A stretch of DNA of 57,908 nucleotides from Macrostomum lignano (GCA_002269645.1 NIVC01003319.1:1-57908); one strand, 5' to 3'. Shown: positions 10,701-22,215, numbered from the stretch's first letter. Numbers and translations: made by a program. Notes: generated by a model from the sequence alone, not told the origin.

Positions 10701-12749
10701 TACAGACTGAGATCAAAATCTCACCCTAATCTACAGACTGCGACAAAAATCTCACAGTAATTTACAAACTGAGATCAAAATCTCACCCTAATCTATAGAC
10801 TGAGATCAAAATCTCACCCTAATCTACAGACTGAGATCAAAATCTCACCCTAATCTACAGACTGAGATCAAAATCTCACCCTAATCTATAGACTGAGATC
10901 AAAATCTCACAGTAATCTACAGACTGAGATCAAAATCTCATACTAACCTACAGACTGAGATCAAAATCTCACCCTAATCTATAGACTGAGATCAAAATCT
11001 CATACTAACCTACAGACTGAGATCAAAATCTCACCCTAATCTACAGACTGAGATCAAAATCTCATACTAACCTACAGACTGAGATCAAAATCTCACCCTA
11101 ATCTACAGACTGAGATCCAAATCTTATCCCTATTTACAGACCGAATGTAGAACCTCCCCAGACGATTTCGCTAGTACCAACTTACCGCTGAGGATGGCTG
11201 CTCCGCAGATTCTGCATTCGTTTTGTCAGTCTTTTTTCCAATGACGTCATCTTCGCGGCTGGGGTCCGAATCTTTGTTCGCTTCGCCGGCGACCGTTAAC
11301 GAAGGCGGCGGAGTGGGCGTGCGCTGCTTCTGTTGCTGCTGCTGTTGTTGGGGCGGCGCCCTGACAACTAAAACGTGAGTGCCCTTCTCCACGGATTCTT
11401 CCTCCTCCGTGAATACTGCGCGATGAGGGGGCAGGTGTGGGAACAGACTGTGTAATTAGCACATTATAATAGCACATTATGTAATTAGCTATCTGGGGGT
11501 GCTTGCTATTGTATTTGGGGGATGCTTGCTATCGGGGGTGCTTGCTATTTGGGGGGGGGTGCTTGCTATTTTGGGGGTGCTTGCTATTTGGGGGGTGCTT
11601 GCTATTTGGGGGGTGCTTGCTATTTGGGGGGTGCTTGCTATTTGGGGGTGCTTGCTATTTGGGGGTGCTTGCTATTTGGGGGGCGCTTGCTATTTGGGGG
11701 TGCTTGCTATTTGGGGGTGCTTGCTATTTGGGGGTGCTTGCTATTTGGGGGGCGTTGCTATTTGGGGGTGCTTGCTATTTGGGGGGTGCTTGCTATTTGG
11801 GGGTGCTTGCTATTTGGGGGGTGCTTGCTATTTGGGGGGTGCTTGCTATTTGGGGGTGCTTGCTATTTGGGGGTGCTTGCTATTTGGAGGGGGTGCTTGC
11901 TATTTGGGGGGTGCTTGCTATTTGGGGGGGTGCTTGCTATTTGGGGGGCGGGGTGCTTGCTATTTGGGGGGTGCTTGCTATTTGGGGGGGGGGTGCTTTC
12001 TATTTGGGGGGCGCTTGCTATTTGGGGGTGCTTGCTATTTGGGGGGTGCTTGCTATTTGGGGGTGCTTGCTATTTGGGGGTGCTTGCTATTTGGGGGTGC
12101 TTGCTATTTGGGGGGGTGCTTGCTATTTGGGGGGTGCTTGCTATCCGGGGGATGTTGTCTATTTAGGGGAATGCCTGTTATCTTTGTGAAGGCTTTATTG
12201 CGTTGTCTGATTGTTACTTTTAGACAAAAGAGATTCATAGCAAACATCTTTGGCTGTGACAATTTTACTCGAATATGGTAATTTATAAAACTGAAGAAGG
12301 AATTATTTCTAAGTAAATGTACTTTTTACTGAATTTGCATTATTTATTTTTGCTCTGCTTATTGGGTGCCCCGAAGGGGACACTAGATTGCTAGTCTATT
12401 CTAATTGTTAATAAATAATCTTAGTTAGATTAGCAATCCAATATAATTGTTATTACATAATCTTGGCTAGATTAGAAATCCATTATAACTATTAATACAC
12501 GTTGGCTTGATTAACAACGCATTCCTAATTTAATGAATCCAATTCTATCAAAATTCTACTTTAGAATCCTGCAAATGCTCAACCTTTTCCATTCTCAGTG
12601 GACAGTTTCAAGTCGTACTCCACGCTTCTCAGGCCGCATTTAGCTCGAATAGCATTCTTCAGCTCCAGCACGCCCATCGAGTCGCCATCGAATGCGATGA
12701 CGTCATAGCTAGGGTTTGACTTGAATCGGTAATGAATTGTAGAAGACAT
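4785..12749 (-). CDS. RBBP6: RBBP6/Mpe1/Snama-family E3 ubiquitin ligase and 3'-end processing factor, about 1070 aa; exons 12749-12584, 11415-11186, 10579-10538, 10463-9905, 8981-7973, 6771-6001, 5220-4785
   Basis: Exon 1 (absent from the ORF track) encodes MSSTIHYRFKSNPSYDVIAFDG..LKNAI (DWNN ubiquitin-like domain), which exon 2 completes (..THVLVVRAP). RING CPMC..CCGMSFCKAC..CPSC, then Pro/Gln-rich, RS-rich and Lys-rich regions. All six introns are GT-AG with matching phases; exon total 3213 nt = 1071 codons. Confidence 0.92.
5521..5826 (-). mobile_element. tRNA-derived CORE-like SINE, copy 2 (RBBP6 intron 6)
   Basis: Same A/B boxes, core and 3' tail as the other copies. Confidence 0.88.
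6816..7940. repeat. 23-bp minisatellite (ATGAGTGTCAGGAAAGGTCTGAT), about 49 copies, RBBP6 intron 5
   Basis: Direct tandem periodicity. Confidence 0.97.
9115..9812. repeat. 21-bp minisatellite (GGCGCCAAAATGAAGATRGAW-type), about 32 copies, RBBP6 intron 4
   Basis: Direct tandem periodicity; explains the spurious (FILAPSI)n ORFs. Confidence 0.96.
10681..11140. repeat. 31-bp minisatellite (ATCAAAATCTCACCCTAATCTACAGACTGAG), about 15 copies, RBBP6 intron 2
   Basis: Direct tandem periodicity. Confidence 0.96.
11490..12150. repeat. G-run minisatellite (G5-9 TGCTTGCTATTT), about 36 copies, RBBP6 intron 1; G-quadruplex potential on the + (template) strand
   Basis: Direct tandem periodicity with variable G-run length. 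Confidence 0.95.
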
Positions 12750-13145
12750 CAATTCGATTCAAGCCAAGCTGCAAATAAAAAATAATTGATTATTAAGAAA
12801 ATATTGATTTCTATTTCAACTCTCCAATCTGGCTACTTGTGAAGTTTGTTAAATAGTAGCATCTATACTATACTATCTTAGGTAGTTTCTACAAAATCTG
12901 AAACAAAAACCAAACCAAAATTTAGCAAACGTTTCGATTTTGAATCTTCGACTCTGAAATGCGAGAAGGAGGTGGATTTGTTAAAAAAGAATGTCAGTTT
13001 GTCGATTTTCATCTTTTTATAGTCGTAACACAAAAGTACGTCTCTTAAGCATAATTATATATTAATAATTATATAATTCCAGGTAAAATATCGAACAATA
13101 ACCTAATCAAAAATACAAATTTATTTCCAACACTGTTATGCTTAC

Positions 13146-13193
13146 CTGAAAATAATGTGACCGAACAGACCGACCAGTTCATCATCGGATGCA
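13146..13193 (-). other. Probable 5' UTR exon of RBBP6, splicing to an acceptor at 12769 (next exon begins 12768)
   Basis: Flanked by TTTTACTTTAG| and CAG|GTAAGC. The downstream acceptor TTTTATTTGCAG| lies 19 nt before the ATG. Confidence 0.6.
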
Positions 13194-13729
13194 CTAAAGT
13201 AAAACAATTAACAAAATAAAATTTAACAACGATTTCAACAATTCCTGTTCAACCGCAGGTAATCAATAAAATCTAATGTTCATTTTCTATATTTAAAACT
13301 TAATGAGCCAAGGAATAATAGCTTATACAACCATAGGATCTAAAAACTTAATTAATTGAATTAATTAGCAGTCATGTCTCTTCGCTATGAGCAGTTGTGT
13401 TGTCAGAGGCGACCCCAGACTTGTAGTCCTCTCGCGGCGATCCTGAAGCAGACGGAAACAAGGTGGAGGAGGGGGGAGATGAAGAAAATTCAGAACACTT
13501 CTAATATATTTCAATGTATTAAACATAAAAAATTCCATAAAGTAGATCCTTACAAGTAAATCTTAGCGCCGTAATCATTATGTAATCATTAGGTAATTAT
13601 TTTTAATTACTAAATTAGGAAATGTGCATTGTTACGCTTGGTGATATTTGATTAATTAAACGCAGATCGCAGTGTCCAATTCTTCAGGTCACAGTGTTGC
13701 GTCATTAGGGACCACTCGATGATGTCACT

Positions 13730-14735
13730 AAGCTACTGAAGGACCTGTCACGGATGTCACCATCTGCATGAAGGACTACTCGAGAATTTCACTAAGCTAC
13801 TGAAGGACCAGTTGCGGCAGTTGCGGATGTCACCAAGCTACTGAAGGACCAGTTGCAGATGTCACCAAGCTACTGAAGGACCAGTTGCGGATGCCACCAA
13901 GCTACTGAAGGACCAGTTGCAGATGTCACCAAGCTACTGAAGGACCAGTTTTGGATGCCACCAAGCTACTGAAGGACCAGTTGCGGATGTCACCAAGCTA
14001 CTGAAGGACCAGTTGCAGATGTCACCAAGCTACTGAAGGACCAGTTGCAGATGTCAGCAAGCTACTGAAGGACCAGTTGCGGGTGTCACCAAGCTACTGA
14101 AGGACCAGTTGCAAATGTAATCAAGCTACTGAAGGACCAGTTGCAGATGTCACCAAGCTACTGAAGGACCAGTTTTGGATGCCACCAAGCTACTGAAGGA
14201 CCAGTTGCAGATGTCACCAAGCTACTGAAGGACCAGTTGCGGATGCCACCAAGCTACTGAAGGACCAGTTGCAGATGTCAGCAAGCTACTGAAGGACCAG
14301 TTGCGGATGTCACCAAGCTACTGAAGGACCAGTTGCAAATGTAATCAAGCTACTGAAGGACCAGTTGCAGATGTCACCAAGCTACTGAAGGACCAGTTGC
14401 GGATGTCACCAAGCTACTGAAGGACCAGTTGCAAATGTAATCAAGCTACTGAAGGACCAGTTGCAGATGTCAGCAAGCTACTGAAGGACCAGTTGCGGAT
14501 GTCACCAAGCTACTGAAGGACCAGTTGCAAATGTAATCAAGCTACTGAAGGACCAGTTGCGGATGTCACCAAGCTACTGAAGGACCAGTTGCAGATGTCA
14601 CCAAGCTACTGAAGGACCAGTTGCAGATGTCAGCAAGCTACTGAAGGACCAGTTGCGGATGTCACCAAGCTACTGAAGGACCAGTTGCAAATGTCATCAA
14701 GCTACTGAAGGACCAGTTGCAAATGTCACCAAGCT
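13730..14735. repeat. 32-bp minisatellite (AAGCTACTGAAGGACCAGTTGCAGATGTCACC), about 31 copies
   Basis: Constant 20-nt part plus a few recurring variants of the remaining 12 nt. Confidence 0.96.
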
Positions 14736-15214
14736 TCTGAAGAAAAAAATGAGTCAAGCCACCAAACTGCTGCTGGACCAGGATCTCATGTCAGATCGGA
14801 ATGACGGTGAAAAAGTGAAATGAATGTTGCAGACCCAAATGAATGAATACAGTAATTTCCTTTCGAAGTGCCTGTTTCTTTAACCCCAATGCATCCATAT
14901 AAAAGTAACAGAAAATACAGTTTATACCAGAAACGTAGTCAAATAATTTGTTTACCAACGCGTTAAAAATTAGTTTTGCTTAAATAACTTTTGATTCACT
15001 TTACAAACCGTTTCTGTTTGGTTAAATACTAGATAAGCGCGCTGTTATTCACCTTTTGAATATAAACTTTTTGACGATTGACAGCAAATGAGAAAATGGC
15101 TTAAAACAGTTGAATATAGGATATAGACATCCAAGAATTGTAAAGTGACCAGACTTGAAGAGATCTGCGAGGGTTGTCCAGCAGATAAAGATTTGGGAGG
15201 GAGACTTCGTAAAT

Positions 15215-15890
15215 GAGCATCTGGGAGGCTGGCCCAGCAATTGAGGATCCGGGATGGTGGCCCAGCAACTGAGGATCTGGAAGGCTGGTACCCCAGCAAC
15301 TGAGGATCTGGGAGGCTGGCCCTGCAGCTGAGGATCCGGGATGGTGGCCCAGCAACTGAGGATCTGGAAGGCTGGTACCCCAGCAACTGAGGATCTGGGA
15401 GGCTGGCCCTGCAGCTGAGGATCCGGGATGGTGGCCCAGCAACTGAGAATCTGGGAGGCTGGCCCTGCAACTGAGGATCTGGGAGGCTGGCCCAGCAGCT
15501 GAGGATCCGGGATGGTGGCCCTGCAACTGAGAATCTGGGAGGCTGGCCCTGCAACTGAGGATCTGGGAGGCTGGCCCAGCAACTGAGGATCTGGGAGGCT
15601 GGCGGTGGCCCAGCAACTGAGGATCTGGGAGGCTGGCGGTGGCCCAGCAACTGAGGATCTGGGAGGCTGGCGGTGGCCCAGCAACTGAGGATCTGGGAGG
15701 CTGGCGGTGGCCCAGCAACTGAGGATCTGGGAGGCTGGCGGTGGCCCAGCAACTGAGGATCTGGGAGGCTGGCGGTGGCCCAGCAACTGAGAATCTGGGA
15801 GGCTGGCGGCGGCCCAGCAACTGAGGACATGGGAGGCTGCCTACCCAGCAGGTAGGCTGGCCCACCAACAGGATCTGGGAGGCTGGCAGA
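15215..15890. repeat. Composite GC-rich minisatellite built on CAACTGAGGATCTGGGAGGCTGG; 27-29-bp variants grade into a 34-bp unit
   Basis: Direct periodicity; explains the three spurious PDPQLLG-type ORFs. Confidence 0.94.
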
Positions 15891-16284
15891 AGCTTGCAGT
15901 TGTCACTTCACAGGTAGCGGTCGGCATATGACGGCATATGAAGATCGGAGAGTAGAGAGAATGCTTTAATAACCATTACCTTCTTACCTGCATCAAAGAA
16001 TTTGTATGGAGAACTGTATTCGTACAATAATTACGATAATTGTATACAGTAAAAAGGAGGGCACAACAAAACCAAAGCGATTGTTTGTCCATCCGAAACG
16101 CTGGCAAAATACGATTCAGGCTTGGCTTAAAAAATCGCTTGTTTGATATATTTTTTCTCATCATTTTTTTTCACAATTTTTTGGGGGGGCAAAAATTTGA
16201 TCATGAAACATGAATATAATAATAATAATAATAAACAGTAAATAATATTATTTACTATTTTTCTTTCTTCTCTTATTTCTCTCC

Positions 16285-17655
16285 CTAACTGCTCTCTTTC
16301 GCTTTCAAGTCAGTGTCGAACCCGGTATCCGCGTCCAGCACGATGTTGACATCCGGGCTAGCCGATGGCGCCGCCGAACCCGACGACAAGCCGCAGCCAG
16401 TCGGCAGAAACTCCAGCCCGATATTGTGCAGCGGACACGTCATTCTTAGCTGGTTGTAACGCTCGCCAGTTAGCAGCACGCTGGACTGCTCTGGCCGATC
16501 GTCTGAGCCTGACAAATAGTGCTGGGCGATGGACAGTCCGGACAGAGAGTAGCAGCAGTGATAGGGGTCCGGACTGCCCGGTGGCTTATCGAACAGACCG
16601 CCAGTGCGTTTCTGACAGCATGCCAGTACGTAGCATTGCAGGCGTTCCTGATCGAACAGCCAGGCACCCTCAGCCAGAGTGGCCAGCCTGGGCGGTAGGC
16701 TGCTCTGCAACGCCGGGAACAGGGCCGACAGCCAGAAACTGTAGCACGAGTCCACCAGCTTGTTAGTCCGGCCCTGGAAGCCGCCTTCGAATCGCATCTG
16801 ACGCGTAGCGGCCCAGCGAAGCAGGCGGCGGCAGTCGCAGGCGTCAGTCCGATTCAACAGTTTCAAAGCGGCAAATGCACAGTAGGCGTAGCCGCCGTGA
16901 GCTTCTGAGCCGGGCACACCGCCAAATCCGCCTTCGTAGGTTTGACAGCGACCGACCCACTCGGCGGTGCCCTCGAACAAGCTGTCAAACTCTGGCAGAT
17001 TCAACAGCCTAGCAACCGACACGGCGCAATAGACGCCGCGTACATCTGTCTCGCCGTCGACTTGCATCCGGTAGGATCCGTCAGCCTGGTGAAGACTTGA
17101 CAACCAGCTGGACATGGCTGGTTTATCAACCAAATCCAGTCGCCCCAGGATGCACAGACAGTTCACGGCGGCATAGGTCACAGCTAGGTGAGCAACTTGA
17201 TGAGGTCCGCCACCGAAACCGCCAGTTGTTCGACACTGCATCGTAGATAACAAATCGGCAAGCGACGCGGCAATGTCATCGTCCAGGTCTTCGCCGAGTA
17301 GATAAAGCGCGTGCACAGACCAGTAGGCTAGCCAAGCCTGACTCGCGTCCAAGCCGCTGAAACTGGCAGGCAGATTGCGCAATCGCCTGGTCAAATAGTC
17401 GATATGCTCTTCTCTTAGAAGCAGCAATTGCTGCTGCTGCTGCTGCTGTTGATCGCCGCTAGAAACCGAGGCGGCAGCCGCCGCGGCGTGACGCCGAAGA
17501 CAGTCGTAGCAGGCCTGCTCTTGTTCAACCTGAGCGTCAAGAGTTTGAGACTGGCTGATTTGGCTAGCTGTAGCGGATGTCATCTCGTCTGTGTGCAGCG
17601 CTATGATGCTGGATGCTGTAGGCAGGTGAGCAGCCTGTTGCTGGTGTCGCTGCAT
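16285..17655 (-). CDS. FNTB: Protein farnesyltransferase beta subunit, 456 aa, single exon
   Basis: Motifs WLAYW (W102/W106 equivalents), DGETDVRGVYCA, EAHGGY, GRTNKLVDSCYSFW (Zn ligands D, C), DK (D352 equivalent) and DPYHCCYSLSG (Zn ligand H). Confidence 0.96.
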   Translation of the reverse strand: MQRHQQQAAHLPTASSIIALHTDEMTSATASQISQSQTLDAQVEQEQACYDCLRRHAAAAAASVSSGDQQQQQQQQLLLLREEHIDYLTRRLRNLPASFSGLDASQAWLAYWSVHALYLLGEDLDDDIAASLADLLSTMQCRTTGGFGGGPHQVAHLAVTYAAVNCLCILGRLDLVDKPAMSSWLSSLHQADGSYRMQVDGETDVRGVYCAVSVARLLNLPEFDSLFEGTAEWVGRCQTYEGGFGGVPGSEAHGGYAYCAFAALKLLNRTDACDCRRLLRWAATRQMRFEGGFQGRTNKLVDSCYSFWLSALFPALQSSLPPRLATLAEGAWLFDQERLQCYVLACCQKRTGGLFDKPPGSPDPYHCCYSLSGLSIAQHYLSGSDDRPEQSSVLLTGERYNQLRMTCPLHNIGLEFLPTGCGLSSGSAAPSASPDVNIVLDADTGFDTDLKAKESS

Positions 17656-18543
17656 GCTGGCATGAATTTTTTAAACAGAAACGGAAGAGTGAATTTGAGT
17701 GAATTTTTATTTCAGTGAACTATAGATGACAAATATTATGTAATAGACATGTTAAGCTAAATTCTTTATTAATAAGCTAAGTTTTTGTTAGGGTACAATT
17801 ATTGGTCTGACCATTCCTTGTTGTCCCCTAGCTCAAGTGTTGGCTTTATAACCAATAGCTAAGGTTCTTAATGTTGTTAGACCTAACTCAACACCAGATT
17901 AGTATTTAAAAATAAACTAACCTCCTCACATAGAAAAAAAGGTCATTAAAATAAACAAATTTTGATCTTAATTAAAAAACAAAGCTAAAATAGCAATTAG
18001 TTAAGATAAGATCCAACTCTTATTTCCAAAATACCTTAAATATCCTAGGAAGATAGTTAAATTATTATTTCTTCATTTAAAAATGGCACATATTTAATGT
18101 TTATTGATTATAATAGGCATGGGTTATTGATTTTGATTGCATTAATTCAAATTTAAAACCTTATAAAGTTTTTTACATTGTTTGAAAGAATGATTTTTTC
18201 TATTTTATAGAAAACTATTTTAAATAACATTAAATTAATCATCTTAAATGACTTGACAAATGATTCTAAATTCTTGTTAAAGCAATGAATTTTTATAAAA
18301 TCATAGAATTATTGTCTAATTTTATATACCTATTTTCTATAGCTGTATTTCAATATTTAGTAAAAGTTAAATCTAGTAAGTTAACATTTATTATTAAATT
18401 TTTGTTATTCCTAAAAATAATTCTAGACTCCCAGATCCCCAACCAATGTTTTTAATTAAATTTTTGTATAAATACTAGACAGTTATAATTATAAAGCCCT
18501 CAATAAAATTGCTATTATTGCTTTAATATTCTATGACAAAAAG

Positions 18544-18630
18544 GAAAAGTTTGAGGCTGGCTATAGATACTAAAGGCCAACCACCTTTGGGTAAGTTGGC
18601 AACACACTGCCAGCCAGCCTTGAACTTTTC
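18544..18630. mobile_element. Small hairpin/MITE relic with about 19-bp imperfect TIRs
   Basis: GAAAAGTTTGAGGCTGGCT ... AGCCAGCCTTGAACTTTTC; no TSD recognised. Confidence 0.5.
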
Positions 18631-19680
18631 AATCCACTTGTAAACTGTTTGTTGACTAATAGAATTGGGACTATGGATGCAGGTCAGATTTTTATGAATT
18701 TCAAGGCATTTTTGATCAAGACTCTAAAGTATAAATGGGCCATTTCATATAATTATAGTCGTAACATGACAGGCTATTTTTACTTATAAAATGAAATCTA
18801 ATAATAGAATATACTAAAACAATATTTTGAATTAGGGATTATTTTGTCAAGAATATATTTATATAGTTTTAAATAGATATTATCATTATTATAGATGCTA
18901 TTAAACCTTGAAGGCACTTATGGTCATAACAATAGGATTTTTGACATATAGAAACTAAAAGATAAAAGTCTTATAGCATTTTTAATTTTTGATATTTTGC
19001 AATACATTTTTAAAAATTTAACTAAGAACTGGGTTTTTGTGCAAATGGGTTTGAATAGTATCTTGGTCTTAAAAATTGCACATTGAATTTTGACTCAGGG
19101 TGCAAAAAGCGCACCAGAATTTTTTGCAAGGATATGATGTGGATTTCACAATTTAGTGTTATTTACTTTGAAACACTATTAGTGTTAGACCAGTTTTTGT
19201 CTGCAGCAGTACAGCGCATCCTGGTCTTGAAAATTGCACCCTGAAATCTTGCACAGGGTGTGAAATTGCACCCAAGTTATGGATAAAAAACCAAGAAGTC
19301 TAAGTCAATCCAATAACTTTGAGGTACCAATATATTATAAATATAATAGATTATATTGCTGCTAATGTTTTTATCTGATTATGGAAATATTATAATTTTA
19401 TCTATAGTTTGTTTCAACCTTCCAAAGCTTTCTATTTGTTTTTAAAAAGTACAACAAGTTAATGATGTCTTTTGCTTAGAAAAATGTCCAAATTTTTACA
19501 AAAATTACTTTTTGCCAATTAATAACATACTAGGCCTAATTCAACATTTTACCATTCATTTTTTCTTAGATTGTATATATTACACATTTAAAACATTTGG
19601 AAAAAATGGCTGATAAGGCAATAGCAAGCAAAAATATTGACTTTTTTCTATTTTCCAAATATGTCTATCTTAACTGGAAT

Positions 19681-20262
19681 CATGCATGGGCCCAACCTAG
19701 GGATTCACCCAGCCATTTCTATTGGCAACACATACATGTAAGTCACTATTGGATGGAATAGTAGTCACTAGAGGTCAGATGGGATCCCAATCTTGATCCC
19801 AAAATCTCGGGATCCTGAGGAAAATTGAATTCCCGCGGGACCAGAATCCCGACCCTAAAAAACTCAAGATTTGGGAATAGGTCTTTTGATTAATAATTTA
19901 TAGAATTAGTGATTACTTGAAGGTATTTTGCTTTAACTTGTACTCGTTACATTATTTACTTTGTTGGTTACAAAACTTCATATCAATTTCATTGTGTTTT
20001 ACTTCTTGATCTTGACAATATTTTCTCAATTTTGTTTAACTTTACATGGACAATACACTTAAAGACCTGATCCTAATTCCCTAATTGTGATCCCGATCCC
20101 AAGAAAAAAATTATTCCCAATCCCAATCCCACGCAAAGATTTCAATCCCGTCCGACCTCTAGTAGTCCCGTGAATGCTTTCAGCCAATAGCAACTTACAT
20201 GTGTGTTGCCATGGCATTAGAAATGGCTAGGTGTAGGTAATTCCCAAGGTTGCGCATATATG
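19681..20262. mobile_element. Old hAT-type MITE (outer element of a nested pair)
   Basis: About 70-bp degenerate inverted ends. 8-bp flanks ACTGGAAT (19673-19680) and TCTGGAAT (20263-20270). Confidence 0.65.
19769..20161. mobile_element. hAT-type MITE inserted into the previous element
   Basis: TIRs TAGAGGTCAGATGGGAT / ATCCCGTCCGACCTCTA. 8-bp TSD GTAGTCAC / GTAGTCCC. Subterminal ATCCC motifs. Confidence 0.8.
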
Positions 20263-20489
20263 TCTGGAATGAGCCTAAAGATTGCTTGTCTTTGCTCTTT
20301 TGTAGTGTTATGTTAAGGTCCATGACTGGAACAAATATTATAGCTGCTGCCTTGCAACTCTGTGCTTGATTAGCTCTACTTGTGGCTTTCTTCTAAGTGA
20401 GCATAGAAACATTATGCAGTGTGTACTTCTATGGCAAAGCCAAAGGGTATGTAAACAAATGTATACAAGGCCTATAGCTTATAGGCCAT

Positions 20490-20987
20490 AGTCCGGATCA
20501 TGCTAGGTGCACGCCCAAACAAAAATTGAATAATTACAAATTCACACTAGAAAAAATGTAGTGCATGCCGATTCTCAAAAAAACGTCGGTGTTGCAACAA
20601 TAAATGACCTTTTTTTACATTGTGACAATAAAGTAATTCTTTTAAATTGTGTAATAGACTCTTATTACCAGATAATTTGGTTGCTTTTTATGCTTTTTCA
20701 GCAATACTATTTTATGGCAAAAAGTTAATACTTAAAAGTTAATAATGTTTAAATGCTCTTTTACAAGCTAAAAAAACGGGAAAGCTTGAAATTTGGACTT
20801 AAAAATGAACTTATTCATCTTTTTTCTACTTCATAATTACTCTTACGCATGATTCCATAAAGTGCATGCCAGGTGTGCACGCATACTTTCTTCTTAGGAG
20901 TGATGCACGCCAACTGTGCACGCTAATTTTGGCGTGCAAGGCCAATGCACGCCCAAATTTTCAGGCGTATACTACATGATCCAGACT
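20490..20987. mobile_element. MITE-like element with TGCACGC subterminal motifs
   Basis: Inverted ends AGTCCGGATCATG / CATGATCCAGACT; TSD not found. Confidence 0.6.
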
Positions 20988-21782
20988 CCCGGAGTGTGGC
21001 TTACAGCCTACAGGTTGTTTTAGTAAAGTTGTTTAGGGCTAAGCCTAGTCTTAGTTGACAATTTTTTGGTAGAGGGGGGGGGCTAAAAAGTTGTAATTAT
21101 AAAAAAGAAGTATACAGTTACAGTTAGTGGTCACTAGTAACTGGCATTACATAGATAGATAGGCCTAATGCAATGCCAATAGATGAAGAAAATTTCTCAA
21201 AATCTAGAACTAGAACACGGTACTAAATATACGGTACGATTGTGATAACGGAACATACAATATGAGAGCTCAAAACCGATTTTGGTTCTGGAATTGGTAT
21301 AATGAAAATGCAATTTTACTGTAGTGAGTGTACTGTTTCTATAGTGTTTTATTTTATCTAAATTGGAAAATATGCGACAATCGTTGATTTAAAAGTTACT
21401 ATGTGAGTGATAATGTACGTGTACACTTGCAAAAATCTAAAATTATTTTGGTTTTTTAATTGAGCTGATAAAAAAACGTTTTTTCCCTATCAAGGTTCAT
21501 TTGTTTTATGTCTATTAATTTTTGTTTTAACGATTTTAACAGTCTTAAAATTAAACCATCGGTTTTCAGAGCAACATAGTTAAAAATGAGCTTGTATTCA
21601 GCTTCAATTTATTCAAGTTTTCAGCATTCCTTCTGTTTGCGATCACCTCAAACAGTGAAGATCACCACTTAAAGCAGTTGTAAATATGAAAACCGACGAT
21701 GGTTTCAAATGAAAAAAATTACAAGTTGGCGAACTAACATTGTTTATTTAAGGATGGTAAGATTGTTGTAGCTTATATTATA

Positions 21783-22215
21783 GGCAGTTGTTATTTGTCC
21801 GGTGACCGGACGAATAGCCTTTTTGCTATTTGTCCGGGTAAATTGCTAACACAAATATCTTATTTGTTTCGTGATAAATATTCTAGACTTTTAAGACCTT
21901 TTCTCGTATTCTTGTATTACTTGAGTGTAAGCAAAGCAATGTATTCAATTCGGCATAATTTGGTGTATAAGACACACACTAGTATAACAATATAATAATC
22001 AAGACACGAGTAAGAAGTCTTTGAAGTCTAGGAATATTTACCCTTGTGGTTTTTATAAACTAAATATTTTAGCATTATCAATTTAACTGGACAAATAACA
22101 AAATGTCTATTTTTCCGGTATTAACCGAATGAATAGGAAAGCATGGTCAGGATCCAGTAACCGGACAAATAACCACATCACTATTTGTCCGGTCACCGGA
22201 CAAATAATAACTGCC
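21783..22215. mobile_element. Mutator-like MITE
   Basis: About 35-bp TIRs GGCAGTTGTTATTTGTCCGGTGACCGGAC.. and a perfect 9-bp TSD TATATTATA (21774-21782 / 22216-22224). Confidence 0.85.

Noticed and set aside
9098-12281. Long ORFs 9098-9797 and 11499-12281
   Set aside because: Translations of intronic minisatellites.
13730-14735. CRISPR-like constant repeat with variable spacer
   Set aside because: The 12-nt variable parts are a few recurring near-identical variants, not unique spacers. Eukaryotic context, no cas genes.
15045-15868. Three overlapping ORFs of about 250 aa
   Set aside because: Products of a GC-rich tandem repeat, open in all frames.
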